Part shown: positions 38,801 through 48,700 of the stretch, one piece after another
Position numbering within the stretch: position 1 is the first letter of the stretch
Layout of the letters: each line of letters begins with the position of its first letter
Program-made: the position numbers and the translations under genes
The notes under the pieces: model-generated
Seen by the model: only the letters and a program-made list of their open reading frames with translations
Told to the model about the DNA's origin: nothing
Database searches by the model: none
Source: an uncultured virus (IMG/VR IMGVR_UViG_3300027969_000051)
Lineage: Duplodnaviria > Heunggongvirae > Uroviricota > Caudoviricetes
Virus record (IMG/VR): IMGVR_UViG_3300027969_000051
Length of the DNA stretch: 64,000 bases
Direction: 5' to 3' (one strand)

Positions 38801-41800
38801 TGAACTGTTGCACCACCTGCCGCAATTTGTCTTGTTTTATTACCGATAAAGTTAATAGAATCTAATGTTGCATTTAATTCGTTATTTTGATTGGCTAGTA
38901 AGTTTAATGCGCTTGTGTTTAGTCTGTTATATGCACGGCCTGCTGATAAACTGTTAAAGTTTGATCCAAATACCATGTCATACTGTAGTGCTTGCACTAT
39001 ATATCCTGAATCACGCAATGTTAAAGATGTACTAATCGCATATGCTTGATAATATTTTTGTACCCAAACTTGCGCATCGCTGGCAATTTCAGTTGCTCTA
39101 GATGCGATTGCATTGAAAGAGTTTTGATTTTGTGCGCTAGTTAAAGCCACGGCCGCGGTAGGATACACAGTTGTATCGCCAGCCGCATTGTTAATCCAGT
39201 TAATGATATTTTGTATTAGACCCTGAGCGGCTGTTGCACATCCTGCACTACCTGCAGTACCACTTAGTACTTGAGTCGCTGTATATGGCGCATTTGTTGC
39301 ACTTGGTGATACTGATGCGGCTGTAACAATGTTAGACATAATTGCTTTTAAGCGTGTCAATGCCTGTATAAACACGATTGCATATGGTGCTTGTACTTGG
39401 CTGATACTCAATGAGTAATAAGAACTTCCATTGATATTACTTTGAACGTTGCCGCCATAGGTTAAATCGTATTGTAATCCGTCTAAAATAAACCCAACAT
39501 CACGTAATGTTTCATACTGATATGTTGCGCCCATTGCTGTCCAAGTAGCACTGTAGTTATTGATCAAATAGTTTGCAATTTCTGATTTAATAAACAGATA
39601 GTTCTGAACAATTTGTGCTTTGCCGTCACCGTACCCTGCTAAGAATGTAGTATTATAGCCGGTAACTGTAGGTAGAGTAAACGCAGGAGTCTGACTTAAC
39701 CCATTAAAAATCATATTTTGAATTAAGGCAGTGTTAGATGTTACTGATGCTACGGCTGTTGATGATCCGACATCACCGATAGGCAATGATGTTACTTGGG
39801 TTTGTGTATTAGGATTAACTCCTGTACTTGTAACTGTGACTGATGTGTTTGCAATAATGTTAGGAATAATACTTTGAACACGTTGCATTGCTACTATAGA
39901 TTTAGCCTTGTCGTTTGCTAAATTTGCAATCGCTTTACTAGGTTGTATTGTTGTACTGCGTAATTCATCACCTACAACTGCGGTGTATGCTGGAAGAACA
40001 ATAGGTAATACTTCGTTGTATGTACCAGTCATTACTCTAATTGTAGTATTAGGATTAGCTAGTGCTGGAATTACACCGGTGTTAAGTGCTGATAGGGCAT
40101 TGGTAATAATCGCTATTAGATTAGTACAAGTTGTGTTTGTACCACTTTCAATCGATGCAGTAGCAACTGATGTTGTATTTTGTATTGCTCGAGTAGCTGC
40201 CACAGTACCTGCAACAGTTTGTGAGCCGGTAGTTGTGCTAGCATAGCTTACTGAACCAGTAGTTGATGCTGTTACAAGATATGTTCCGTTGTAACCAGTT
40301 GGAGTTACTCCGGCAACCGTAACATAACTACCAACTGCATATGCAGATGCTTGAGTAGCAAATGTAATAGTTGCTACTGTAGATGTTCCACTTGCACCGG
40401 TTGTTACGATATTAGGTGCGTTTAGTGCTTGATAATTTGTTCCGGGCGCAGTATTACTTAATACTGCCGGCATTAACGTAGTTCCTAAATAGCCTAAGCT
40501 AGCAATGAATGGCGGTAAGTCGCTTGCAACCACTCCTGATATTAGAGTAGTAGCGGCTGAAAAATATGCTTGTGCATTAGTATATGTTTTAAAATTACCA
40601 CCGTGGCTTAGATCAAATATAACTCCGTCAACTGCATAGCCCGCATCTCTTTCAGTTTTAGTTTGACTATAAACAAATGTACCGGTCATTGACCCTGAAG
40701 AAGAATTTAATCCAAAAGTAATTCCGCTATATTGTGATGATGTAACAGTAAATGTTGTTGAGCTTGGAACTGAATTAACCCAATAGGTCGTGCCGGCTGT
40801 GACACCGCCAACAGTTCCAGTAAACACAATTGGCATACCGACATACATAGTGCTACATCCGCCTGGAGCGGTAAATGTCGTAGATGTTGAGGTTGTGATA
40901 GTGTATGAATATCTATTTAACACATAGTTATTAGTTTCTTTTAGTAAAAACTGTTTGTTTATAGTTAATGCTGTTTTAGCATTAGTGTTTAGATAGCCAT
41001 CTTCAATCTGCTGTGCGGCGTATCGTACAGTAGCCCATGGTTTATCCACAGTCGTACCTTGGCCATTCGCTGTTGCATCTGTTCCCGATAGTGCAACATA
41101 CACTAGATTGTTAATTTGTCCATAATATTGCCATGTTGGAATATTATTGTTTACACGTAATACCTGACCATCTGTGCCTATCGGTAGTCTAGCAGGGCCG
41201 CTGGCGGCAAAATAGAACATGTCGCCCTGGGTGGTCATAACTGCTTGTTCTGTACCACTAGAGAATAAATTCCAGTATGTGCCGGATGTGTCGTTATCTG
41301 GTCGGTTTCCAGTGCCACCAGTATGTGCGCTTACACAAATGTAAGTGCTTACAGCCCATAATACTAAATCGCCTGCTACGTAAGTTGTTCCCGATACCCA
41401 GGTAACACTAATACCACTTGCAGTTACTCCGCCAGATTGGATAACACCACCAGAAACAGATGACACGGTTAGTGTTAAATCGTTTGCTGGGCTTAGGCCA
41501 CCGAGAGATGTACCAAGAATTTTAATTGTATTTGTGGCAGCATATCCAGTACCACCGGCCGCTACAGTAACCGTATATAATGTCTTAGTTGCAGTTACAT
41601 TGAATGTCGCACTTGTTCCTGATCCAACAATATTTGTTCCTGATACAGCACTAAATGTCTGATTATTAGGATTCCAACGTAGGCCAGAATTCAAACGTTG
41701 CCAGTAGGTTAAGTTTGGAGGGCTTGAGCTAGTGTTATCTGCGGTTGCTACATACGTGTATCCACCAAGACGAACAACCTGGCCAATTCTGTATGCCGTT

Positions 41801-42675
41801 GATGATGACCAATCACCAGCAAATGATAAACCAGTTGTAAATAACTGCCAGTATGAAGTTGCTGAAACAGGATTTTGATTGATGTTGTTTAAAATTGCGG
41901 TATAGGTATTGCCGCCGTAAGTAACCATGTCGCCAATTTGATAATTTGTAGAATTTGTCCAGCTGTTGGCTGCTTCAAATCCGTTTACAAAGACTGCAAA
42001 ATTAGCAGTGTTAATGGTTACACCAGTACTTGTATGTTGCGTGGTACAAATCCACAGGTCGGGGCCATGTTTTACAACGTCATTTAATTTATATCGTACA
42101 CTACTTCCACTCCATTCTCCTAGGTATGTAATACCTTGATTGAATGTGTCCCACTTGCTTTGGTCGTTTTCAAGACCAGCTGCCGCAGTAGTTGCTGAAA
42201 TATGTGCAGTATTACAGATATAAGTCACGCCGCCATAGTAAATTAGGTCTCGTACTTTATATCGTGTTGTAGTTGCCCATGCACCACTCCAGTTGATATT
42301 AGCGGCAAAGGCATCCCACTTGCTTTGGTCGTTTTCAAGACCTAAATATGTTGGAGATGTATAGGTAGCAGACGTATGTGCAGTTTTACAAATATAAACT
42401 GTGGCGCCCCATTGCACTAAATCACCTACATTGTAATAGGTAGTTGCGGCCCAGATACCAGTCCATTTTGCACCATCAGCAACCAAGTTCCAATTCGTAG
42501 GAATCGCTGATAAGTCAGTTGCAAATCCGCCTGTTGTATTTGTAGAAGTATGGCTCAACACACATATATACGTTTTACCGCTAACAGTAACCACGTCATC
42601 GACTACGTATCCGGTGTTTCCAGCCCATGCACCTTGGTACACGAATTTAATTCTACCTAATTTATATTCTGCCAT
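32857..42675 (-). CDS. Giant modular fibre/structural protein A (3272 aa)
   Basis: Trp-rich W...Y..GD.V.YGG..Y.C...HTS (CBM5/12-like) repeats; VYVA..G.D...PW.T and GDELR beta-helix-type motifs; YGNG.FVA propeller-like repeats. Confidence 0.85.
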   Translation of the reverse strand: MAEYKLGRIKFVYQGAWAGNTGYVVDDVVTVSGKTYICVLSHTSTNTTGGFATDLSAIPTNWNLVADGAKWTGIWAATTYYNVGDLVQWGATVYICKTAHTSATYTSPTYLGLENDQSKWDAFAANINWSGAWATTTRYKVRDLIYYGGVTYICNTAHISATTAAAGLENDQSKWDTFNQGITYLGEWSGSSVRYKLNDVVKHGPDLWICTTQHTSTGVTINTANFAVFVNGFEAANSWTNSTNYQIGDMVTYGGNTYTAILNNINQNPVSATSYWQLFTTGLSFAGDWSSSTAYRIGQVVRLGGYTYVATADNTSSSPPNLTYWQRLNSGLRWNPNNQTFSAVSGTNIVGSGTSATFNVTATKTLYTVTVAAGGTGYAATNTIKILGTSLGGLSPANDLTLTVSSVSGGVIQSGGVTASGISVTWVSGTTYVAGDLVLWAVSTYICVSAHTGGTGNRPDNDTSGTYWNLFSSGTEQAVMTTQGDMFYFAASGPARLPIGTDGQVLRVNNNIPTWQYYGQINNLVYVALSGTDATANGQGTTVDKPWATVRYAAQQIEDGYLNTNAKTALTINKQFLLKETNNYVLNRYSYTITTSTSTTFTAPGGCSTMYVGMPIVFTGTVGGVTAGTTYWVNSVPSSTTFTVTSSQYSGITFGLNSSSGSMTGTFVYSQTKTERDAGYAVDGVIFDLSHGGNFKTYTNAQAYFSAATTLISGVVASDLPPFIASLGYLGTTLMPAVLSNTAPGTNYQALNAPNIVTTGASGTSTVATITFATQASAYAVGSYVTVAGVTPTGYNGTYLVTASTTGSVSYASTTTGSQTVAGTVAATRAIQNTTSVATASIESGTNTTCTNLIAIITNALSALNTGVIPALANPNTTIRVMTGTYNEVLPIVLPAYTAVVGDELRSTTIQPSKAIANLANDKAKSIVAMQRVQSIIPNIIANTSVTVTSTGVNPNTQTQVTSLPIGDVGSSTAVASVTSNTALIQNMIFNGLSQTPAFTLPTVTGYNTTFLAGYGDGKAQIVQNYLFIKSEIANYLINNYSATWTAMGATYQYETLRDVGFILDGLQYDLTYGGNVQSNINGSSYYSLSISQVQAPYAIVFIQALTRLKAIMSNIVTAASVSPSATNAPYTATQVLSGTAGSAGCATAAQGLIQNIINWINNAAGDTTVYPTAAVALTSAQNQNSFNAIASRATEIASDAQVWVQKYYQAYAISTSLTLRDSGYIVQALQYDMVFGSNFNSLSAGRAYNRLNTSALNLLANQNNELNATLDSINFIGNKTRQIAAGGATVQAQTTIDDIVNIINGQATTTLTTATTSTNVLTVTSTAGMAVNMPITFSGLPANTTTTVSGTTTSTNVITLGATVASLGIAAGQQVYFTGVVVGNLVQNQMYYVISPTGSTIQVSLTFGGAAVALVTATPGGTMNAVVNKAGGIWPANIYWINTIPSATTLTITSSFKSGTAYVITNTVGSMTAGVVAGVSNSTGMSSSYQITNGTLAYNGTLTTINAAEILRANTNFIAYEASAYIGANYGGTVTATTVTTASITGYISGTTLTVSSVVSGTVAIGMTLSTITGAADGTYITAGSGSVWTVSVSQTLASSGTPVALTLTNYVVTSGTHKFVVGDPVIFTGTVAGGIALSTPYYVCTVPSTTTFTLSTVQAGYGSQVPAVLTGTTGQSFTVAYYYSVAKCVRDTTSFINALIYDLNFTGNYKSMRATELYLSAVTGSQLKNMFQVRNGCGLRNMTMSGLTGTLTVANTYGTKRPTAGAYSSLDPGFGPNDANSWIYGRSCYTQNCTMFGTGCVGGKVDGSLHAGGYRSMVANDYTTILSDGIGYWVTGNGSLTELVSVFCYFSYSGYLAELGGRIRATNGNSSYGTYGVIAEGTDTFETSLYGNLNNRYFGAQITNTVTDATNQVLRLEFSNAGSGYTNSVTTVSGAGVSPTTLQDEFRDAAVFETRITDPNNTGSSGGTTYVTAANTGQSNAVGAIANGPVGQFVLAATDIALTNAYAGMRVQITAGTGVGQYANILTYTNSTKIAQIYKDSFTNLTVTGSTTTVLQVASTATLYLNMPIYLSATTAGILTANTVYYVKTIPDGVTFTVSSTSGGAAITGLTATSGQTITLYAAGWDHIVPATPIATTTDLTSAYIVEPRISYTAPGFTSTTRAMSNTATWTAATYAAPGFVAVASGGTTASYSTTGKTWTATSVLPASTNWVDVTYGGGQLAKATATVGGLGGTGAVLTAVLGTGSASTQVVRVTVVNGGYGYTTPPTIVFAGGGGAGAAATATVLDGTIQSVTMTITGSGYSSVPTAVAYTGTVTNITVNTWGKDYFSTPTVTFSPPVYATAWVASATATLNAYYSYYNSVTFITNYYQATVGGIMSASAPSHTSGSAANGAATLLYVGTLATVRGASNPGLSNNGVSSYTLTQGGYGYTSTPTITITDSSSAYWAISGNANNSAYITANALAVTLTLTATTQGTPSFVTVASTASLSTNMPFTVATTVGGLTAGTVYFVIQILSATTFTVAATSGGVELTTAITTTSSQSVTLSGAWQAGASTSKTDLKSIAYGNGTYVAVGGTSGTASAVSATSPTTAWIDRSSTITALSAGYYSDVVYGNGYFVAINYGGTITSISSNGVAWSAGGVLPATKNWVGLAYGNGRFVAIATDGTTATCINIDKGSSCTWTATNAGLPSAVTTWSNLRYGQGVFMAIATGTTVCATSPDGLDWTSRALQASSNWLALTFGNPATTTLGPTPIWVAISNTSGTTANSIRTGATPLGRVKVVGASVTEIRMAEPGSGYAKGNVTSITTTSSGTLLVDDTTNLSTSTNTQPVEFSVSAGNITTNTTYYVIGSSVVANTSFQVSATSGSATPVALTAATPTSMIYTVGPVVTITDPNKTIAVLTRVRTGFGALANPSFSNRGTGNSTATSSTIGDGYSDLYQNSQYINVSNLFAMPQPGANLQFGTVYTGVPWTASTVVRAGIQLIATNTITSGGVTTYYYNVYTVTATGTTGTSAPTSTAISVSDGTATLTYVGQNPNVWYKLVAITNQLGIAGAYTAQFQINPALTTNNAPAHNIQITTRLKYSQVRLTGHDYLYIGSGNQTQTNYPYVTTANSIQANQQLATAGGRVFFTATDQDGNFNVGNLFGVQQATGTATLNASAFNLAGLQSLTLGAVTLGIGSATITQFSTDPYFTANSDNILPTQKAIKSFITAQIGGGSSTLNVNTLTAGQIFIANNSISNTTGGQIYVSGKMNFTGGIDGAPVALVFFAQR

Positions 42676-42695
42676 TTTTTATATTCCTCTGATAG

Positions 42696-42701
42696 TATTT
42701 A
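42696..42701 (-). promoter_or_regulatory. Late promoter core TAAATA
   Basis: TAAATA, GAGGA SD, ATG 42675. Confidence 0.7.
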
Positions 42702-42721
42702 TCATAACCGTATTTTGCGGA

Positions 42722-45700
42722 TTAAACCGATCCTCTATTAACTACACCACGCATAAAGAAGTCTAGCGCCGCCATATTTCCATCAACTCCTGCAAATGCC
42801 GCGCCGGATATATATACCTTGCTAGTCATGTTTACTACGGACCCGGACGTACCTTGGGGAACTGAGCTAGTTATCTTGTTAGCACCCCCAACAATCACGG
42901 TACCCGCAATCAATTGCCCTGTAAACGTGTTTGCGCCGCCCTGACTTAACCGACTAGTTAGGTATGTTTTAATTGCTTTCTGTGTTGGTAAAATTGTATC
43001 GCTATTTGCTACAAATGTCCCGTCTGTACTAAACTGTGTAATAATTGTACTTGACCCGCCGACAGCAATACCACCTAGACTAATACTGTTTAATCCAGAT
43101 AGAGCGAACTGGCTTGCACTCAATGTAACAATACCAGTTGCCTGTTGTACTCCGAACAAATTACCAACTTTAAAGTTACCGTCTTGGTCTGTACTAGAAT
43201 AAAATACGCGGCCATAATTAACTTCAACTGTTTGATTATTAGGTGTTGACGCATACCCTGCATCTGGGAACCCTGGGTAATTACTTGTTTCAAAGTCACC
43301 GTATCCGATATTTAAGAAGTCATGATTTGTTAAACGGCATTGACTATACAGCGAACGAATACTAACTGTAGTACCATCTACCGGGCTTAATGCTGTCGTC
43401 ATCGCTGGCGAAATTGATATGTTTGCCTGTAATGTCGGAGCTACGCTGCCATAAACTGCTACTGCACTGGTTACTTTATACACTTGATCGATACCAGTTA
43501 TTATCAAGTTATCTCCTACACTCGGTGCCTTAGATAAATTATTCATGATTAATGTTAGGCCTGTTTGATACGAATTTGAATATCCGTTACCTGTGGTAAT
43601 CACGGCTGTAGAGGTTGTATTATACCCAACGCCTCTGTTTACAAAAGTTGGGCTAGCTAGCGCATTATTCGATCTACGAACTTGTGTAACAACTGGCACT
43701 GAGAAATTTGGATCAATAATTGTTAATGTTGGATCAGAGGTATAACCAGACCCAGGTTCAAACTCAGTAATAGATGTAATAGTGTTTGATATAATATTTG
43801 CTCTTGCTCGTGTTCGGATACCTGCACTAATATAACTACCGTTGTTTGTTCCACCGAGTAATATCCATCGGCCGACGCCACTGCTATTAACGCCAAACGC
43901 CATAGTTCCCCAGGTGGTGTTTGAGATAGATTGTTGTGCCCATTCTAATCCGCTATCGCTAGTCCATGCTACTCCTGATGTATTTCCGATGGCTACAAAT
44001 ACTCCTTGACCGTAGCGAATTTGATCTGCGGTGAAAGAAAGATTTGATTGGTACCAGTTAATTCCGTCCTGAGTATATGATGCCTTAGACGACGAGCTTG
44101 ATACTGCTACAAAACTATTATTACCATAGTCAATACTCGACCATGTGGTTTGGTTAGGTGTTGAGCTTACGTTCCAGGTAGTTGCATTTGTACTATAAGC
44201 AACTACTGAGTTGCCTATAATTGTGCCAAATACACTACCGGCTGCGGTTGTTGCGTTAACATATTGTACTGTTGTAGTATTACATCCAGTCACTTTATAA
44301 GTTCCGTTATACCCCGATGGAGTCATACCTGAAACCACAATAGTTTGTCCAATAATAAACGGTGCTGTGCCTAGTACACTAAATGTTAATGTAGCAGTTC
44401 CTGCTGATCCACTAGCCGCTGTTGGGATTACTGTCGATCCGCCTGATGAGATTGCTATAAACAATCCTGCGCCGTAGGTTAATCCGGTCCATGCTAATGC
44501 CGCAGGCAACGTGCTAGTTGACCATGATGAACCAAATGTAGTACTATATGCAACCTTAGTTGTTCCTGTTGCTATTGCTACGAAAATTCCGTTACCATAA
44601 GTAAGCTGTGACCAAGATGAATCGCTTGGCATTGCCACTGATTTCCAGCTTTGCCCATTAGAATTTGAGTATACTGCAATGCAACTGGTTCCTCTAGTAA
44701 CTGCAACAAAGTATCCTGCGCCGTATTCTACTGCTCCCCACGCTGTAGGATTTACTGCTAATGTTAGTTGGGCCCAATTCGCTCCGTCTGTTGATGAAGC
44801 GACTGTTGACCCTGCATTGGCAAAGGCTAGCCATGTTCCATTACCGTATGCTGAGTAACTATAGCTGTTTGATGGTGCTAGTAATATAGTCGAGCCAGAG
44901 CTTGTCTGTGTAAAGGTCGGAGCACTGTAGATTAATCTTGGTTCTACAAAATATACGCTGGTCGAGTCTAGAGTATCAACTGCTGGTGTTCCTGCAACCA
45001 CATGATCCCACCCGGTTGCACCGACATTCATAGAACCTGTAGCAGATGATAGGGGAACCGTAGCTACCCCTACATTTGCTAGAGAGCTTGCAACTGTAAA
45101 GTTACTTGATGAGAATGTATTAATATAATAATTTGTACCCTGAACTACTCCCCCAAATAACGGAGTTGAGAATGTAGCGGTCATTGCTCCTTGCCCGAGA
45201 CTCAATTTAGTCTTAGTCGCAGTACTGGTGCCAACCATTGTACCGCTGGTGATAGTGACTGTTGTGTTTACGGTTCCAGTATTTGCCACAGTTACCGGCA
45301 CAGTGGTTGAGGCTGCAACATAACTTACATCTACTTTCGCTCCTACGCCAATGTTAGTACCAGTTACACTCATACCGGCTACAATACCAACTCCACTACT
45401 TACTGTAATAGTAGTCCCTGTTGATACTCCAGTTGCTGTCGGAGTGACTGTTATGTAGGCTCCAGTTAACGTGACTGGCAATGGGCAGGTAGTTGCACCA
45501 AACAAGCACGATGTTACGTTGCTTAATTGTAATGCTGTTCCACCAACTTGTGTACTAATGTTAAATGATGTGCTGTCGTTAACTGCTAGGATATAATATG
45601 TGAAATCCGGTTGTATATTTCCGGCAGTTGACCCAGTAAATCTAATCGGTTGATTAGGAACAAATCCTACTGTTGATGTACAGTTTATCAAACTTCCTAT

Positions 45701-48700
45701 GTATTCTGTTGATGTAACATTTACTCGTATAACATTTGCAGATATTTTAAATGTTGTACTACTGCCGCTTGGAATACTGCTAATATAATATTTTGTACCG
45801 ACAGTAATGCCTGGATCTCCACTATAGGTATTGAATATAATTGGGTTCGTTGGGATCAATGATGCATTTGATGCCACAGTAAGCACGTTAGTACCTGATA
45901 CAGTTCTAGTAACTGTTACATTTACAAGACTGCCTGAGATCATAAAGTTAGTGGCGTTAACAACATCATTTACATAATATGTTATACCAGTATTAATTCC
46001 GCCAAAAGTACTACCGGTAAACTGTATTGGAAAGTTTGCAACCATGTTGGTTGTAGATCCTGTCAAATAACTATTATTAGAAGTAAAGTTAGCAATCATT
46101 GCCCCAGATGCAGTGGTCACCCCCCAGGCTGCGGCGCCAGATTGGAATGGCGCTGTTCCTAGTTGGATCGTTGTTTCATTAATAATTGCTGTTACATAAT
46201 ATGTAAATCCTGCAATTACAGTAGTAAATAGTGTTCCACTAAAAGTTACTGGCATATTAACAAACATAGCCGCGGTTGATGCCACTGTTAATGTGTTAGT
46301 AGTTCCGCCAGTTGATGCAGTAACCGTAACTTGGTTTAATGACGTTGCACTAACCACTGCAGAATAATATGTTGGTAAAAACTGAACTGGCATTCCTGTA
46401 TAGAATGCAAGAGTGCTTGCTGCCGGTGCAATAACAAATGTATTTGCCGGACTAGTGGTAGCAGTTATACCTAATGCAGTGAATGATTCTTTTAATACTG
46501 TTGCTGTTTTACTTGTTGTATCAAAGGAACTAATGTATCCATACTGTCCTGCACCGGTGCCGCTATTGATAAACACCCGCAATGTAAGATAGTTACTTGC
46601 AGTGTTAACATCTGACTGTGCAAACTGTATACTATCAGTATCGCCTGTCTGTGCATTGTTTGATGCGGTGAAGTATCCACTACCACCGACTACTCCGGTT
46701 GAGTCTCCGATAACCCGTGTCTGGAATACCGAGCCGCTACGAATTTCGTCACCTACAGTAATCGCACCGGTGCCTGCACCAGTTATATTAAAGTTTGCGT
46801 ACGATGTATACCTATTGTTTAAAGTTTGATAGTAAAAGCTCGGTGAGAGCGGTGTTGCGAATGTGCTATTGCCAATTTCTGCCTGTGCTCCGTAGATCAC
46901 ACTATATGTTCCACTCGCTCCGGTATATCCTCGTGGGTATATCCTAAATTGAACTTGGGTCATCAATCCGGTTGGGTCATACGTAGAGAACCACAATCTT
47001 ACCCAACCCTGTGAAGTTCCAATTTGTGCTTTGTAACTTGTGGGAGTTACGCCCGCACCAGAGCTGTTAGGAGTAACGACCCCTGTAGCAAATGTATAGG
47101 TTACACCGCTGGTTGCAGTAGTTGACCCGCTAAAAATTGCTTGTATATCTAGTTGTGCCGCAGTACCTTGATTTATATATACACTGAATGTATATGGCAA
47201 CGCACTACCTGCCGGTACATCGCCCGATGCAGGGTTGTCTGGTGCTACTTGTGTAACTACTTGATTGACTGCACTACCTGTTACCTGAGAAATATATAGT
47301 ATACAGTCGTTGATTCCTGATAGTCCACCTAATAGTGCTCCGGGAATTAAAATTAGGCCGCCTTGAACATATCCATCCCCTGGACTGTTAACTGTTGCTA
47401 CAAATGTTGTAGCAGTTACGGTAACGTCAAACGTTGCTCCAACTCCACTACCTGTTAGGTTATTACCAGACAGATTAGTATATGTTCCACCTGCTTTAGG
47501 TATTGCAATATTTTGATAGATGTAGCTGTCGCCGGCATTATTTGAAGTTGTGCCGTACACAGTCCATGCTTCAACTAATCCCGTTGGGGCTGTTGATATT
47601 TGTTGAACAGTAACGTTGCCATCTGTGGTCCATGATCCGGTATTAAATCCATTACTGTAATTTAAAAGATTAGTAGTTGTCGAATTGTATGCTTCTCCTG
47701 CGTTGGTATATAATAGTTTAAGTAATTTTCCAACACTACCAAAACTACTTGCAACTGTTGCTTGCACTTGTGTTGATTTATTGTAAATATATCCGGTTGT
47801 TGGAACTTCTGTAATATCATACCCTTCAGATATTGCACCGTAATTACCGTATGAACTATTACCATTGGCTGCTCGAATGCGGCCACCGCCTTCTGCAAAG
47901 TATCCAGTATACCCATAGTATGAGAACACACTAATACATTCAGTAAGCGCACCTGGGCCTGTACACCACACCCCGATACCGTCACTGACAATGTGTGTAA
48001 AGTCATTTGCTACTATAGATTTATTGCCGCCAGCATGTAGATTACCGTCAATCTTAAGAGCAGTACATCCGTTACCAAATGCTGTTACGTTCTGTATATA
48101 CGGACTACGACGGAAAATCCAAGCAGTTGTATCATTTATGCCAGTGCCTGGATCTAGCCCAACATACACTCCGCCAGTTGGTCGTTGGATTTCATATGCA
48201 TCTTGTGCGCCAAGTGTACCAAGTAAACCTGCTAGCGTTGCATTTCGCAATCCAGATCCATTTCGCATATAGAACATGCTCTTAACAGCGTCGCCACCGT
48301 AGACTAACATTGCTGTGTTTGCCGCCACAGATCCTGTAGCACTTGTAATAATAACTGGAGGTCCTGAACAAACAAACGGCACCGCGGAGAATGAAGCTGT
48401 TGCGTTGTTACTAATTGTTATTGTTGCAGAATTTGAGTTAACACTAAGAATCGTTGTGTTATCAGGAATTCCTAAGCCAGTAATAAATCCCCCAGCAACC
48501 AGGCCAGTTGTTGATGATAGCGCAGATACTGTTCCGCTACCGGATGTAATGTTACCTGTTATAGAAATACTAGGCACTGTACTTGCTGAAAATGTTGTCG
48601 GGGTTATTGATGCGCCGATTACATAATAAGTTGTTCCAGCGGTAACACCGCCAAGTGGCACAAATGTTACGTTTGCATTAATGATTGGTGCCGCAAATTG

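Noticed and set aside
33216..43192. Diversity-generating retroelement TR/VR pair
   Set aside because: Both copies are coding, the mismatches are not adenine-specific in one copy, and no reverse transcriptase is in the window.
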